This document shows, in pieces, positions 7,727 through 16,547 of a DNA stretch of 29,794 bases. This stretch comes from a virus (Duplodnaviria; Caudoviricetes). A program made the position numbers and the translations under genes. Position 1 is the stretch's first letter. Every line of letters starts with the position of its first letter. Where the stretch lies: the IMG/VR virus record IMGVR_UViG_3300010362_000077, positions 1 to 29,794 of that record. One strand, written 5' to 3'. The notes below the pieces were generated by a model. That model saw only the letters and a program-made list of their open reading frames with translations. It was not told the origin of the DNA and did not search any database.

Positions 7727-8986
7727 ATGCCCCAAACAGAGTCACAAGTAGTTGGCGTTGAATTAGAACGCGTCAACAAGAAGCTTCCCAAACTATTCGA
7801 TCTTGAGGATACTCTGTATTCTGAGATTGAAAAGTCAACTGCTGCACAGCCAGTTTCAAATCGAGCTATGAGAATTCCTTTGAAACTGAGGCCAGGTGGT
7901 AGATTTGGTCACTTCAATCCTGATAATGCTGATATGGGATTGGGTGATGGACCAGCCTATGACAAGGCTGTGATTACTGTAGCACACCTCAAGTATGCTA
8001 TTCAGTGGTCAAAGCTTGTTGAATGGTCAACTGACTCCAGCCAGAAGGCCGTCGTGGATGCATATCAAGACCTGATTGCTGGTGCAATGCCTGAATTCAG
8101 ACGCAGTGTTAACGCATTGTGTATGACAGCAGGAAATGGCGTTCTAGGAACAATCACGTCGTTTACGACCGCAGGCGGTACTGACACGTATAACTTGACT
8201 ACTGATGGATTCGGTGTCAAGTTGCTCAGATTCGGTCAGCCAGTCAAGGTATACGATACAACCTTGGCTACTGATAGATCAGCGGCAGCAGATAGCTTCA
8301 TTACCTTCTATGACTTGCCTAACAAGCAAATCAAGGTTGCTCCTGCTGTAACTAACGTTGCGAATACTGATAAGATTGTAGTCAGCGGAGTATCTGGTGC
8401 TTCACCGGCTAGCTTGTTGGGTATTCCATATCACAACTCAAATGCCTCAACTGGAACATGGTTGGGATTTGATCGTTCATTGACTCCTGAAATCAGAGCA
8501 AATCGAGTTAATGCTGCTGGAGCGTTGGCATTGCCATTTGCTCGTTTGTCAATGAACAAGGTCGGAGATAGAGTTGGCCGAAAAGAAGCAAGTAAGAGTT
8601 TGAAAGCCTTCATGCATCCTTGCCAAAAACAAGCGTATGAAGCTCTCGGTCAGCTTGTTTCCGTTATTCAAAAAACTTCCAAGGAAGAGAACTTGGATTT
8701 GTATTTTGGCGACGGAATGCAAATGGCTGGTGCTCCTATTGAGGACCAGTTCATGTGGGATAAGACAAGGATTGACTTCCTTGATCTCAGTTTGTTTGGT
8801 AGAGCTGAGATGAAGCCCGCCGCCTTCTATGAGGTAGGTGGTAGGAAAGTGTTCGAGTTGAGAGGGGCTTCCGGAGGAGTTCAAACTTCGCAGATTCAGT
8901 ACATTACAGTAAGCTTCAATATCTTCTGCCAGAATCCTGCTGGACTGGCGTATATTGATGGCTTGACTGTACCTGCTGGATACTAG
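7727..8986 (+). CDS. Major capsid protein (HK97 fold)
   Basis: 419 aa directly after the scaffold (AAGGGA SD; TAAATG junction) and followed by a strong hairpin. Features include the GNGVLG..IT insertion-domain region, SLLGI, and a C-terminal ..CQNPAGLAYIDGL typical of HK97-fold coats. Confidence 0.85.
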   Translation: MPQTESQVVGVELERVNKKLPKLFDLEDTLYSEIEKSTAAQPVSNRAMRIPLKLRPGGRFGHFNPDNADMGLGDGPAYDKAVITVAHLKYAIQWSKLVEWSTDSSQKAVVDAYQDLIAGAMPEFRRSVNALCMTAGNGVLGTITSFTTAGGTDTYNLTTDGFGVKLLRFGQPVKVYDTTLATDRSAAADSFITFYDLPNKQIKVAPAVTNVANTDKIVVSGVSGASPASLLGIPYHNSNASTGTWLGFDRSLTPEIRANRVNAAGALALPFARLSMNKVGDRVGRKEASKSLKAFMHPCQKQAYEALGQLVSVIQKTSKEENLDLYFGDGMQMAGAPIEDQFMWDKTRIDFLDLSLFGRAEMKPAAFYEVGGRKVFELRGASGGVQTSQIQYITVSFNIFCQNPAGLAYIDGLTVPAGY

Positions 8987-9044
8987 CTAATGCAGGCAAC
9001 TCGCTCTGGTGAATGGTGGCAGAGCAAGCGAGGAATTAGTTAGT
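8982..9044 (+). other. Predicted RNA stem-loop that sequesters the capsid stop codon
   Basis: ACTAGCTAAT (8982-8991) pairs with ATTAGTTAGT (9035-9044; one G-U). Inner stems are CTCGC/GCGAG (9000-9004/9028-9032) or GCTCTG/CAGAGC (9003-9008/9020-9025). Confidence 0.4.
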
Positions 9045-9050
9045 TGAAGG

Positions 9051-9099
9051 GTAAGGCTAGCTAGATTGCGCCCTAGGAGTCTAGCTAGCCTTACGGTTT
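9051..9099 (+). terminator. Strong hairpin after the major capsid gene (terminator/attenuator or mRNA-stabilising stem)
   Basis: Perfect 15-bp inverted repeat GTAAGGCTAGCTAGA (9051-9065) / TCTAGCTAGCCTTAC (9080-9094) around a 14-nt loop. Only a weak U-tract (GGTTT) follows. Confidence 0.65.
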
Positions 9100-9125
9100 A
9101 ATCACCGTCTAATAAAATCACCGAC

Positions 9126-9632
9126 ATGGACTCAATTGAGGAAATCAATAAGAAACTGGCTGAGGAATACGGGAACGATCTTGTTCTCAATCTTCCCAAA
9201 TATAGGCTTGTATGGACTACTAATCAGCTTGAGAAACGATTCGGTATCTTTCGTGTTTTTACTGAGACTGGTATTTTTCTTAGAGAAGAGTGTGAAGTAA
9301 AGGAAGTAAGGAAGTATCCATTCTCGTATGAGGATATGTGGGTACTTGAAGCAATAATGTCTACAACAGGGAATCCGTATCTTGAAATGGTCACATCCTG
9401 GTCTTATGAACCTGTTTGGATATTTGGTGCAGCTAATAGTGATCGCCAGCCTATTTGGCGTGCTGTTAGGCTTCTTGTTCGCAATCATATATACGGCGAT
9501 CCTAATGCTAGGACTCGCTCTCCGAGTGAACTAGAAGATGAAGAAGCAAGTCGAATGCAAAAGGAAAAGGCTACGTTCAAGGAAATGCTGAAGGAAGGGA
9601 CAGATACAGATGCCACTAACTACTTCAAGTAA
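9126..9632 (+). CDS. Hypothetical protein (late module)
   Basis: 168 aa ORF in the operon direction; PKYRLVW...RKYP...WVLE...YEPVW aromatic pattern; no family recognised. Confidence 0.75.
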   Translation: MDSIEEINKKLAEEYGNDLVLNLPKYRLVWTTNQLEKRFGIFRVFTETGIFLREECEVKEVRKYPFSYEDMWVLEAIMSTTGNPYLEMVTSWSYEPVWIFGAANSDRQPIWRAVRLLVRNHIYGDPNARTRSPSELEDEEASRMQKEKATFKEMLKEGTDTDATNYFK

Positions 9633-10281
9633 TATCAAACTTAAGTATGCGGCGACAGTGGTCAGTTTGTTGCCAAGAGAAATCTTTGAAGAGAAACCCT
9701 TCATGCTACCTGGAGTTTTTAGAATTCCAGCAGCTAAGTATGGAGATATCTCTATTCTACATGTAGAGGAATCTATTCATTACATTCCTAATCCATTGAT
9801 TGATGAAGGTAAGCCTGGGTCATCCTTCAAGACAGTTACACCTGCCGATGAAATGGCCCGTTCAATAGTAGACGATTATAAGAACGCACACATTGCTACT
9901 AGTGAAGATGCTGAAGTAGGTTTGTTCTGGGTTTCAAATCGCTTGACGAATGAAGAAGTCTGGCTAATGCACAGAACAGAGATTGATGAGGCCAAGAAAA
10001 AACAAGACAATTGGTTTAGACGCATGATTGCAATGGCTGATGCAGACTTTGTGAAGAACAAGAACATAATGGCTGTATCTGATTTGCAAAGATTAGCTGC
10101 TAGATGTTTGGGAGTCAAGAAGGAATGGGTTGAGTTTGCTGGAGAGAATACGAAGCAGTGTCCGTTCTGTACAATTGCAGTTCCAGTTGATACGATTAAG
10201 TGTCCTAATTGTCGTGAAGTAGTTGATCCGATTAAATATAAGGCTTTGCTTGAACAGCAAGCAGTTGCTACGAAAGGTTAA
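9610..10281 (+). CDS. Hypothetical protein with C-terminal Zn-ribbon
   Basis: 223 aa; CPFC-x10-CPNC at 10159-10212. Confidence 0.75.
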   Translation: MPLTTSSNIKLKYAATVVSLLPREIFEEKPFMLPGVFRIPAAKYGDISILHVEESIHYIPNPLIDEGKPGSSFKTVTPADEMARSIVDDYKNAHIATSEDAEVGLFWVSNRLTNEEVWLMHRTEIDEAKKKQDNWFRRMIAMADADFVKNKNIMAVSDLQRLAARCLGVKKEWVEFAGENTKQCPFCTIAVPVDTIKCPNCREVVDPIKYKALLEQQAVATKG

Positions 10282-10289
10282 GGTGAGTA

Positions 10290-10556
10290 ATGACCGAGCC
10301 ATTTAACCCAGATAATTTAACTCCTGCTTCATCTACTCCTGTCGAACCTGTTAAGCTAGAGACGAAGCCAGTTGAACCTGCACCAGTTAATGAAGAGATT
10401 AAGAAGGAAAGAAACGAAGCTAAGAAGGCAATGGAAGATGCACAAAAGAAAATGGAAGAAGCAAGAAAGGGAAGGCAAGAAGGCGATATAGGATTGAGTG
10501 ATGCATATTGGGCCGTCAAGAATGAATTCCTAGCTGCTGCGCATAGGGCTAAGTAA
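10290..10556 (+). CDS. Hypothetical small Pro-rich/coiled-coil protein
   Basis: AAGGTGAG SD-like motif; 88 aa; TAAATG junction to the next gene. Confidence 0.7.
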   Translation: MTEPFNPDNLTPASSTPVEPVKLETKPVEPAPVNEEIKKERNEAKKAMEDAQKKMEEARKGRQEGDIGLSDAYWAVKNEFLAAAHRAK

Positions 10557-11216
10557 ATGCCTCCGCCTGCTGTATTAGCGTCTGACATAATGGATACTGC
10601 TGCTGCATACCTAAATGATACAGCTCTGACTATGTTCACCTATACAGCCCAACTTCCCTATGTCAAGATTGCTAATGAGAAGCTAGAAAAAGAACTGATA
10701 GTATTCGACTCAAGTATTCAACACAAGAGAAGTACTGCTATCTCTGTTCCGGCCAATACCAAGACACTTCAGTTACCTGCTGACTTCCTTATTCCTATTC
10801 GACTATTCGAGAGAGCACCTGGTCAAAATGATAGCAATTGGGTACCGATGGATGAAGGAGATTGGGAACCTACATCTATTCCATACTCTACTAATTTGAA
10901 TAAGTGGGCATTTAGAGATAACAATATCCAATTTGTAGGTTGTGCAATAGCTAGAGAAGTTCTTCTGGATTACGAAAGAATGCTAGCTGTAGTCATTGGA
11001 AATGTGTCCCCAACAGATAGCTATCTCTTCAAAGATTGGCTAGGCGCTAAGACGGCTGAACTATGTGCGCGCTACATAGGGATGAATGCAGCACAAGCCA
11101 ACGAAATAAGAGACAATGAACTGTTTACTGCCAATGACGCACTTACTAGGATGTTGACTCACAATAGACAGGCTTTCACTTTCCGCCGTAGGAAGTATAC
11201 AGCTCAGACCGGATAA
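10557..11216 (+). CDS. Head-tail adaptor / tail tubular protein A-like
   Basis: 219 aa upstream of the nozzle gene. N-terminal helices (DIMDTAAAYLND...LPYVKIA), a central LPADF...L beta region and C-terminal helices match podovirus adaptor architecture. Confidence 0.7.
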   Translation: MPPPAVLASDIMDTAAAYLNDTALTMFTYTAQLPYVKIANEKLEKELIVFDSSIQHKRSTAISVPANTKTLQLPADFLIPIRLFERAPGQNDSNWVPMDEGDWEPTSIPYSTNLNKWAFRDNNIQFVGCAIAREVLLDYERMLAVVIGNVSPTDSYLFKDWLGAKTAELCARYIGMNAAQANEIRDNELFTANDALTRMLTHNRQAFTFRRRKYTAQTG

Positions 11217-11235
11217 GATAAAAGTGAGGTAAAAG

Positions 11236-11451
11236 ATGATTTCTGCTCCGTTGATGATCCAAGCTGCTACAAGGGATTTGGCAGACAATAACATAGTAAC
11301 TATCTGTGCATCTGGTGTACCTACAGATGGAACTACTGGAGCTGGACTATGTGGTAAGGGTTCTGAATACATCGATCTTGCTACTGGGAAACATTATTTC
11401 AACAAGGGTACTCTAGCCTCTCCTGCTTGGGGCATAGTAACTAGTGCGTGA
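11236..11451 (+). CDS. Small virion-associated protein (cement/fibre-domain-like)
   Basis: GAGGT SD. The pattern GVPT...GKGSEYID..TGKHYFNKGT..SPAW matches a G-x-P...GS-x-Y-x-D...Y-x-N...W phage structural motif. Confidence 0.65.
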   Translation: MISAPLMIQAATRDLADNNIVTICASGVPTDGTTGAGLCGKGSEYIDLATGKHYFNKGTLASPAWGIVTSA

Positions 11452-11452
11452 T

Positions 11453-11863
11453 ATGAAAAATTTATCTGAAACTGACAAAGCCTATCTCGCTGGCCTGGTG
11501 GATGGTGAGGGCCATATTGGAATATCTCTTAGTAGTAAGGGTCATTTCAATGGGCGAGTCAAAATTAACATGACAGATAAACCTACTATGGAATGGTGCG
11601 TAGAAACAACTGGTGTTGGCTATTTAGAGCTTGTAAAACCACAAGGAGACTTCAAACATAGACATAAAATATCCTATAAATGGAGACTAGGTAGGGACTT
11701 AGGGGGGCAACTGTTATTACAGTTGCTTCCCTACTTGAAAACTAAAAGAAAACAAGCAGAATCATTTTTGGAATTTATAGAAATATGTAAGGAAAGACGT
11801 GGTAAGGAGCGTAGTGAGAGGAAAATGGTTCTTTATAATACAATGAAGGTTTTGAATTCGTAA
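11453..11863 (+). CDS. Free-standing single-motif LAGLIDADG homing endonuclease (HEG-2)
   Basis: LSETDKAYLAGLVDGEGHIGI; VKINMTD; YKWRL; LLPYLKTKRKQA; ends MKVLNS. Start is ATG 11453 (or GTG 11444). The stop overlaps the nozzle ATG (TAATG). Confidence 0.92.
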   Translation: MKNLSETDKAYLAGLVDGEGHIGISLSSKGHFNGRVKINMTDKPTMEWCVETTGVGYLELVKPQGDFKHRHKISYKWRLGRDLGGQLLLQLLPYLKTKRKQAESFLEFIEICKERRGKERSERKMVLYNTMKVLNS

Positions 11864-13779
11864 TGGCTACCAAAAGAGCCAGTACAGTAACAATAACTGA
11901 CCACACACCGCTAAGGCAAACTAGCTTTAGGGGGCTGTATTCGCGTGGTCTTGCGGATTCAGCCCCTGATACGTATCAAACTTCTTGTGTCAATTGTAAG
12001 TTTGATACTGCTGGAATTGAGACTAGAACTGGGCTAGCTCTAAATATATCCAAATCTAACATAAGGAGGTTCTTTGTCTACAAAAGACTTAACGAAACGC
12101 CTAGATTCATTATCCTTGATACTAGCGGGAATCTGTTCGATAGTCTTGCTCCTGGAACTCCTATCTACACAGATACGAGCTTCGTCGATTTTTCAATGGC
12201 TTGCAGTAACAATCGCGCTTACATTACTCCTCACAATAGAATTAAAGGAATACCTAACAAGTACGTACTTGTATATCAAGGAAGCGGAACGGCAAGATTA
12301 GCCGGTGGCTCTGGCGCTGGCGGATTCTTACTTACTGTTGCTGAGAGTGTAAATAGCGGGAACATAGAAAAGGGGATTCATTTATTCGCCATAGCATATA
12401 TGACTGATACTGGATTTGTTACTGGTCCTGGTCCAGAAGTATGGGGTAAGTTAGATGCTAGTGGTGGTAAGGCTGTAAATATTGGAAGTATACCAGTAGG
12501 TCCACCTGGTACAGTAGCTAGAGTAATACTGGCTACTAAATCAGTTCCTTCTTCATTGTATGATGGGAATCAATACTCACAAGAATTGTTCTTTGTACCA
12601 GATGGAATTATCAACAACAATGTTGATACTGGTAAGACTGAAATTTCATTCTTTGATGCTGATCTAGTTGAATCTGCTGATTATCTGATTGACTCTCTTG
12701 GTAAGATTCCAGCTGGTGTTGGAATTGGATTCTACAATGGAAGGATGATTGTCTGGGGTGAAGATGCTAATGAATTTACAATCAGAGTTAGCAACAAACT
12801 TCAACCAGAATCATTCAATTCTATTTCTGGATTTATTAATTGCGATCCTGCTGATGCTGCTAGCGGTATTCGCAACTGTTTTGAGCACAGAAGAAGCCTT
12901 ATTATTTGTACGTCAACTAAAATACTCACTACTCTTGATAATGATTCAGATCCTAATACTTGGACTGCTCCGACTATAGTTAGTAAGGATGCCGGAACCG
13001 AATGTTTTGGCGTAGCGACTATTCAAGATGCAAGAGGAACGAACACTGATCGAGTCTTAATAGCTGACAGATCTGGTCTAATCTCCTTTGAAGGATACGT
13101 GAAGAGGCCAGAACTAACTTGGAATATTCAAGACACTTGGTATAGTATCAATAAGAATAAGTTCAATCTAGTTCAAGTCACTGACGATCCCACTAACCAT
13201 AGAATTGTTATCTCTTGTCCAACTGGAACCTCTTCTGTTTGTGATACTGTTATATTCGGTGATTATTCAGAAGCAATCACTGTCTACCAGACTATTGATG
13301 AGAAGATGATTAAATGGTCTACTTGGACATTTCCGTCTGCTGCCAGTACAAACAGTTTCAGCGGAGATTTAGATCAAGTAACGAACAATCCAGTTCTACA
13401 CTTTGCTCTTAGTTCCGGAAATATCTATACAATGAAAGACAACTTAACAGATGACTTTGGCAATGCTATAGACTCCGCATTTACCACCGCATTAAAGACA
13501 GCAGTGCCAGGAATGGTTAATCACTATAGCATGATTCATCTTAGACTATTAGGTAATGGAGCATTGAAGATAACATTGTTCAGTGAGGATCAATCTGCTA
13601 CAGCAAATCCGCCATCTATAACCATGGCTCAAACTCCTGGCAGAGAATATGATAGACTAATCAATTTCGTGAATGAGAAAATGTCTGCCAAGTTCAGGGT
13701 TAGTTCGTTCGGTGAATGGTTCATGATTGACGAACTTATTATATTTGCGAAACCACTCTGGCTTCGCAGGCCAGCATGA
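11863..13779 (+). CDS. Tail nozzle / tail tubular protein B (P22 gp10-like beta-propeller)
   Basis: 638 aa beta-rich. It has an N-terminal FRGL...CVNCKFD..GIETRTG, internal FYNGRMIVWG..IRVS..PESF, GTECFG, and a C-terminal AKFRVS, and it follows the adaptor gene. Confidence 0.8.
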   Translation: MATKRASTVTITDHTPLRQTSFRGLYSRGLADSAPDTYQTSCVNCKFDTAGIETRTGLALNISKSNIRRFFVYKRLNETPRFIILDTSGNLFDSLAPGTPIYTDTSFVDFSMACSNNRAYITPHNRIKGIPNKYVLVYQGSGTARLAGGSGAGGFLLTVAESVNSGNIEKGIHLFAIAYMTDTGFVTGPGPEVWGKLDASGGKAVNIGSIPVGPPGTVARVILATKSVPSSLYDGNQYSQELFFVPDGIINNNVDTGKTEISFFDADLVESADYLIDSLGKIPAGVGIGFYNGRMIVWGEDANEFTIRVSNKLQPESFNSISGFINCDPADAASGIRNCFEHRRSLIICTSTKILTTLDNDSDPNTWTAPTIVSKDAGTECFGVATIQDARGTNTDRVLIADRSGLISFEGYVKRPELTWNIQDTWYSINKNKFNLVQVTDDPTNHRIVISCPTGTSSVCDTVIFGDYSEAITVYQTIDEKMIKWSTWTFPSAASTNSFSGDLDQVTNNPVLHFALSSGNIYTMKDNLTDDFGNAIDSAFTTALKTAVPGMVNHYSMIHLRLLGNGALKITLFSEDQSATANPPSITMAQTPGREYDRLINFVNEKMSAKFRVSSFGEWFMIDELIIFAKPLWLRRPA

Positions 13780-15221
13780 ATAATGAATCGACATTGCTGG
13801 CCTTGTTGTCAGGCGTCGAGTTTGATGATCCAAGGCTGTATTCTTTATTAGACCTTCTAATAAGAGACTTCTATACTCTAGAGAATCAAGTCAATCCACC
13901 GTCTGTAGTAAGCGAAGAGGACATAACCAAGAAGGTTCCAGTTCCTTTAGATACTCAAGGATTTACAGCTACAGTATTTCCGAATAACATAAGGCTTACC
14001 TGGACTATCATAGCTGGACTTGCTAGCTTTGAAATTCGATATCTTCAAGGATCTCACGTTGCTTCTGAGTGGGATGATGCATCCTTACTGGCTAGGACAT
14101 CGACCTTCCAATTCGATGTTGATCCAGTATCGCTACCAGCAGTCTATGGCGTACATACATTCTTCATTAAGACCTTCGATACTTTTGGAAACGAATCAGG
14201 AACAGCATCGATAACTACTGTAACTATCCCAACTATATCGCTTCCTATTATTACTCCAGTTGTATTAGGTAACAACGTATTACTTTACTGGAACACACCA
14301 TTAAACTCAACCTTCGCCATTGCCTATTACAATGTATACAGGGATGGGGGATTTCTAGGTAGAGAAGGCGGAACGTTCAAGGCTATCTTTGAGTTGATTG
14401 GTGGTAATTATACTTACTCAGTTGAGGCAGTAGACATCGTAGGTAACATAAGTCCTAGAACATCGGTAGTAGTTACAGTTAAGAATCCAGAAGATTTCTC
14501 ATTCTATGATGAACGAGTTGGCAATCTAAATGGAACCTATGTTAATTCTCGTAAGTATGTTGGTACTACAACTAATCACATCCTTGCTATTATTAATGCT
14601 ACTGAGACATGGACTGATCATTATGTTAACAATGCTTGGAGCACTCCGCAGAATCAGATTGATGCTACTTATCCTATCTACTGTCAACCAGAACCTACAG
14701 CTAAATCTGGTTCGTATACAGAGGTATTCGATTTTGGATCTATAATTAGCAATGTTATCGTAGTTGCTACTTGGGCTACGTTACCGCTAGCTGGAACAAT
14801 CGCTACTGGGAATAGTACTCTTGAGTACTCAACGGATAACGCTAATTGGAGTGCTCCTTTTATTGGCACTACTGTATATGCTACTTCTGTTAGATATGTC
14901 AGATTTAAGCTTGCATTCGACAGTACTGATAGGCACAGCATTGCTCTATATTCCAACATCAGAGTATCTTTAAACGTCAAGCGAGAGACTGACGGTGGAC
15001 AATTCACCGCATTGGCTACAGATACTAATGGAACCCTAGTAACATACAATAAGGTATTTAGGAAGATTGATTCAATCACTTTAACGGTCGAAGCGATCCA
15101 ACCTATTACAGCTATCTATACCAATGTGACTACTACGAACTTCAGAGGCTATACATTCGACAGTACTGGAAATCGAATTACTTACCTTGTAAGTTGGAAA
15201 GCAAGAGGAATAGTGATTTGA
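13776..15221 (+). CDS. Tail protein with two FN3-like domains (fibre/tip attachment)
   Basis: IRLTW...FEIRY...FFIKTFDTFGNES and VLLYW...YYNVYRDG...YTYSVEAVDIVGNIS are FN3-type signatures; ATGA overlap with the nozzle gene. Confidence 0.75.
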   Translation: MNNESTLLALLSGVEFDDPRLYSLLDLLIRDFYTLENQVNPPSVVSEEDITKKVPVPLDTQGFTATVFPNNIRLTWTIIAGLASFEIRYLQGSHVASEWDDASLLARTSTFQFDVDPVSLPAVYGVHTFFIKTFDTFGNESGTASITTVTIPTISLPIITPVVLGNNVLLYWNTPLNSTFAIAYYNVYRDGGFLGREGGTFKAIFELIGGNYTYSVEAVDIVGNISPRTSVVVTVKNPEDFSFYDERVGNLNGTYVNSRKYVGTTTNHILAIINATETWTDHYVNNAWSTPQNQIDATYPIYCQPEPTAKSGSYTEVFDFGSIISNVIVVATWATLPLAGTIATGNSTLEYSTDNANWSAPFIGTTVYATSVRYVRFKLAFDSTDRHSIALYSNIRVSLNVKRETDGGQFTALATDTNGTLVTYNKVFRKIDSITLTVEAIQPITAIYTNVTTTNFRGYTFDSTGNRITYLVSWKARGIVI

Positions 15222-15225
15222 AATC

Positions 15226-15570
15226 ATGGGCTGGCAAAGATACAACAGAAGTACCAATGTATTTGAAGTCTCAGATGACAATGGTGCTACTTGGCAAATT
15301 CTTAAGATTGCCCCTGAAGGAATTCAAGGCGGCGGTGGCGGTGGTGGAACTGCTCTTTTTGTCGTTCGTGAAATTCCAACCGGAGTTATAAATGGTACCA
15401 ATACAGTCTTTACTCTTGCTTATACACCGATAGTGAATACCGAGCAAATTTATCTCAATGGACTTTTACAAGATACACATGGTATTGATTATAGTATCAG
15501 CGGTGCAACGATAACATTCTTAATTCCACCCCTTACAGGGGATAGAGTGCTCGCTACGTACCAGAGGTAG
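15226..15570 (+). CDS. Small tail-fibre-associated protein (Asp-box + Gly linker + 'LNGLLQ..DY' domain)
   Basis: SDDNGATW Asp-box-like motif and GGGGGGG linker. The C-terminal ~70 aa domain is paralogous to the C-terminus of the next gene. Confidence 0.75.
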   Translation: MGWQRYNRSTNVFEVSDDNGATWQILKIAPEGIQGGGGGGGTALFVVREIPTGVINGTNTVFTLAYTPIVNTEQIYLNGLLQDTHGIDYSISGATITFLIPPLTGDRVLATYQR

Positions 15571-15572
15571 AA

Positions 15573-16547
15573 ATGGCAAATACCAGAATTCGTGGTACTA
15601 CCCAAATTATCGGTGGGTCAGTTACAGCTTCTGAAGTTAACAGTACGATTATTGTAGCATCTGGGGCTTATCCATTTACCAGTAATCAGTCGATGGGTGG
15701 ATTTGCACTCATCAATGTACTGAATCCAGTCAATCCACAAGATGCAGCAACGAAAGCATACGTTGATGCAGCAGCGCAAGGATTAGATGTTAAGGCGTCA
15801 TGTCGATTAGCAACAACAGCTAACATTACACTAAGTGGTGCACAGACAATTGATGGCGTAGCTGCTGTTGTTGGTGATAGAGTACTTGTTAAATCCCAAA
15901 CTGCTGGTCAAGATAACGGTATTTACATAGTTGCTTCTGGTTCATGGACAAGAGCAACTGATGCTGATGCATCAAGTGAAGTTACTGCCGGAATGTTTAC
16001 CTTCATTGAAGAAGGAACAGCGGGAACTGGAAATGGCTATGTTCTAACTACTCCTAATCCTATCACACTTGGTACTACTCCATTAACATTTACTCAATTC
16101 TCTGGTGCTGGCACTGTAGTAGCAGGTGCTGGCATGACAAAGACAGGCAATACAATCGACGTAATTGGTGGAGATGGATTAGTTGTAGCAGCAGACTTAG
16201 TTAGTGCGAATATCGATACCAATGCTGGCTTGAAGTTTGATGCCAGTACTCCGAAGAAGATTCAAGTTGCACTAAATGGTACCTCTCTTACAGTTGGCGC
16301 ATCAGGTTTAAGCGTCAATTTAGCGAAGTTCATCACAAGAGAAACTCCAACTGGTGCATTGAATGGAGCTAATACAACCTTTACACTAGCAAATACTCCA
16401 ACTGCTGGAAGTGAAGAAGTATTTCTAAATGGATTGCTACAGGAACCCGGGGCAGGCAACGACTATACTATCTCAGGTGCTACAATTACCTACCTAGCTG
16501 CACCATTATCAACTGATAGACTACGTGTGAATTACAGGATTCCGTAA
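15573..16547 (+). CDS. Tail fibre protein
   Basis: NPVNPQDAATKAYVD motif; TTANITLSGAQTIDG...GDRVLVKSQ...NGIY...WTRATDAD fibre domain; AG.G[LM] triple-beta repeats; C-terminal LNGLLQ..DY domain. Confidence 0.85.
   Translation: MANTRIRGTTQIIGGSVTASEVNSTIIVASGAYPFTSNQSMGGFALINVLNPVNPQDAATKAYVDAAAQGLDVKASCRLATTANITLSGAQTIDGVAAVVGDRVLVKSQTAGQDNGIYIVASGSWTRATDADASSEVTAGMFTFIEEGTAGTGNGYVLTTPNPITLGTTPLTFTQFSGAGTVVAGAGMTKTGNTIDVIGGDGLVVAADLVSANIDTNAGLKFDASTPKKIQVALNGTSLTVGASGLSVNLAKFITRETPTGALNGANTTFTLANTPTAGSEEVFLNGLLQEPGAGNDYTISGATITYLAAPLSTDRLRVNYRIP

Noticed and set aside
8987-9045. Twister-like ribozyme (TAATGCAG ... GCAGAG)
   Set aside because: The conserved GGTNNNAAGCC core is missing, and no hammerhead CTGANGA/GAAA core is present either.
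8984-9080. Stop-codon readthrough or TAG recoding extending the capsid protein
   Set aside because: Readthrough adds only 18 aa before further in-frame TAGs. TAG, TAA and TGA all end genes cleanly at junctions under the standard code.
11440-11870. Group I intron or intein hosting the LAGLIDADG ORFs (also at 520-984 and 20526-20945)
   Set aside because: There are no non-coding flanks to hold a ribozyme core. The flanking genes at HEG-2 and HEG-3 look complete with their own starts and stops. There are no intein N-terminal C/S block or C-terminal HN-[CST] motifs, and the ORFs are not in-frame fusions.
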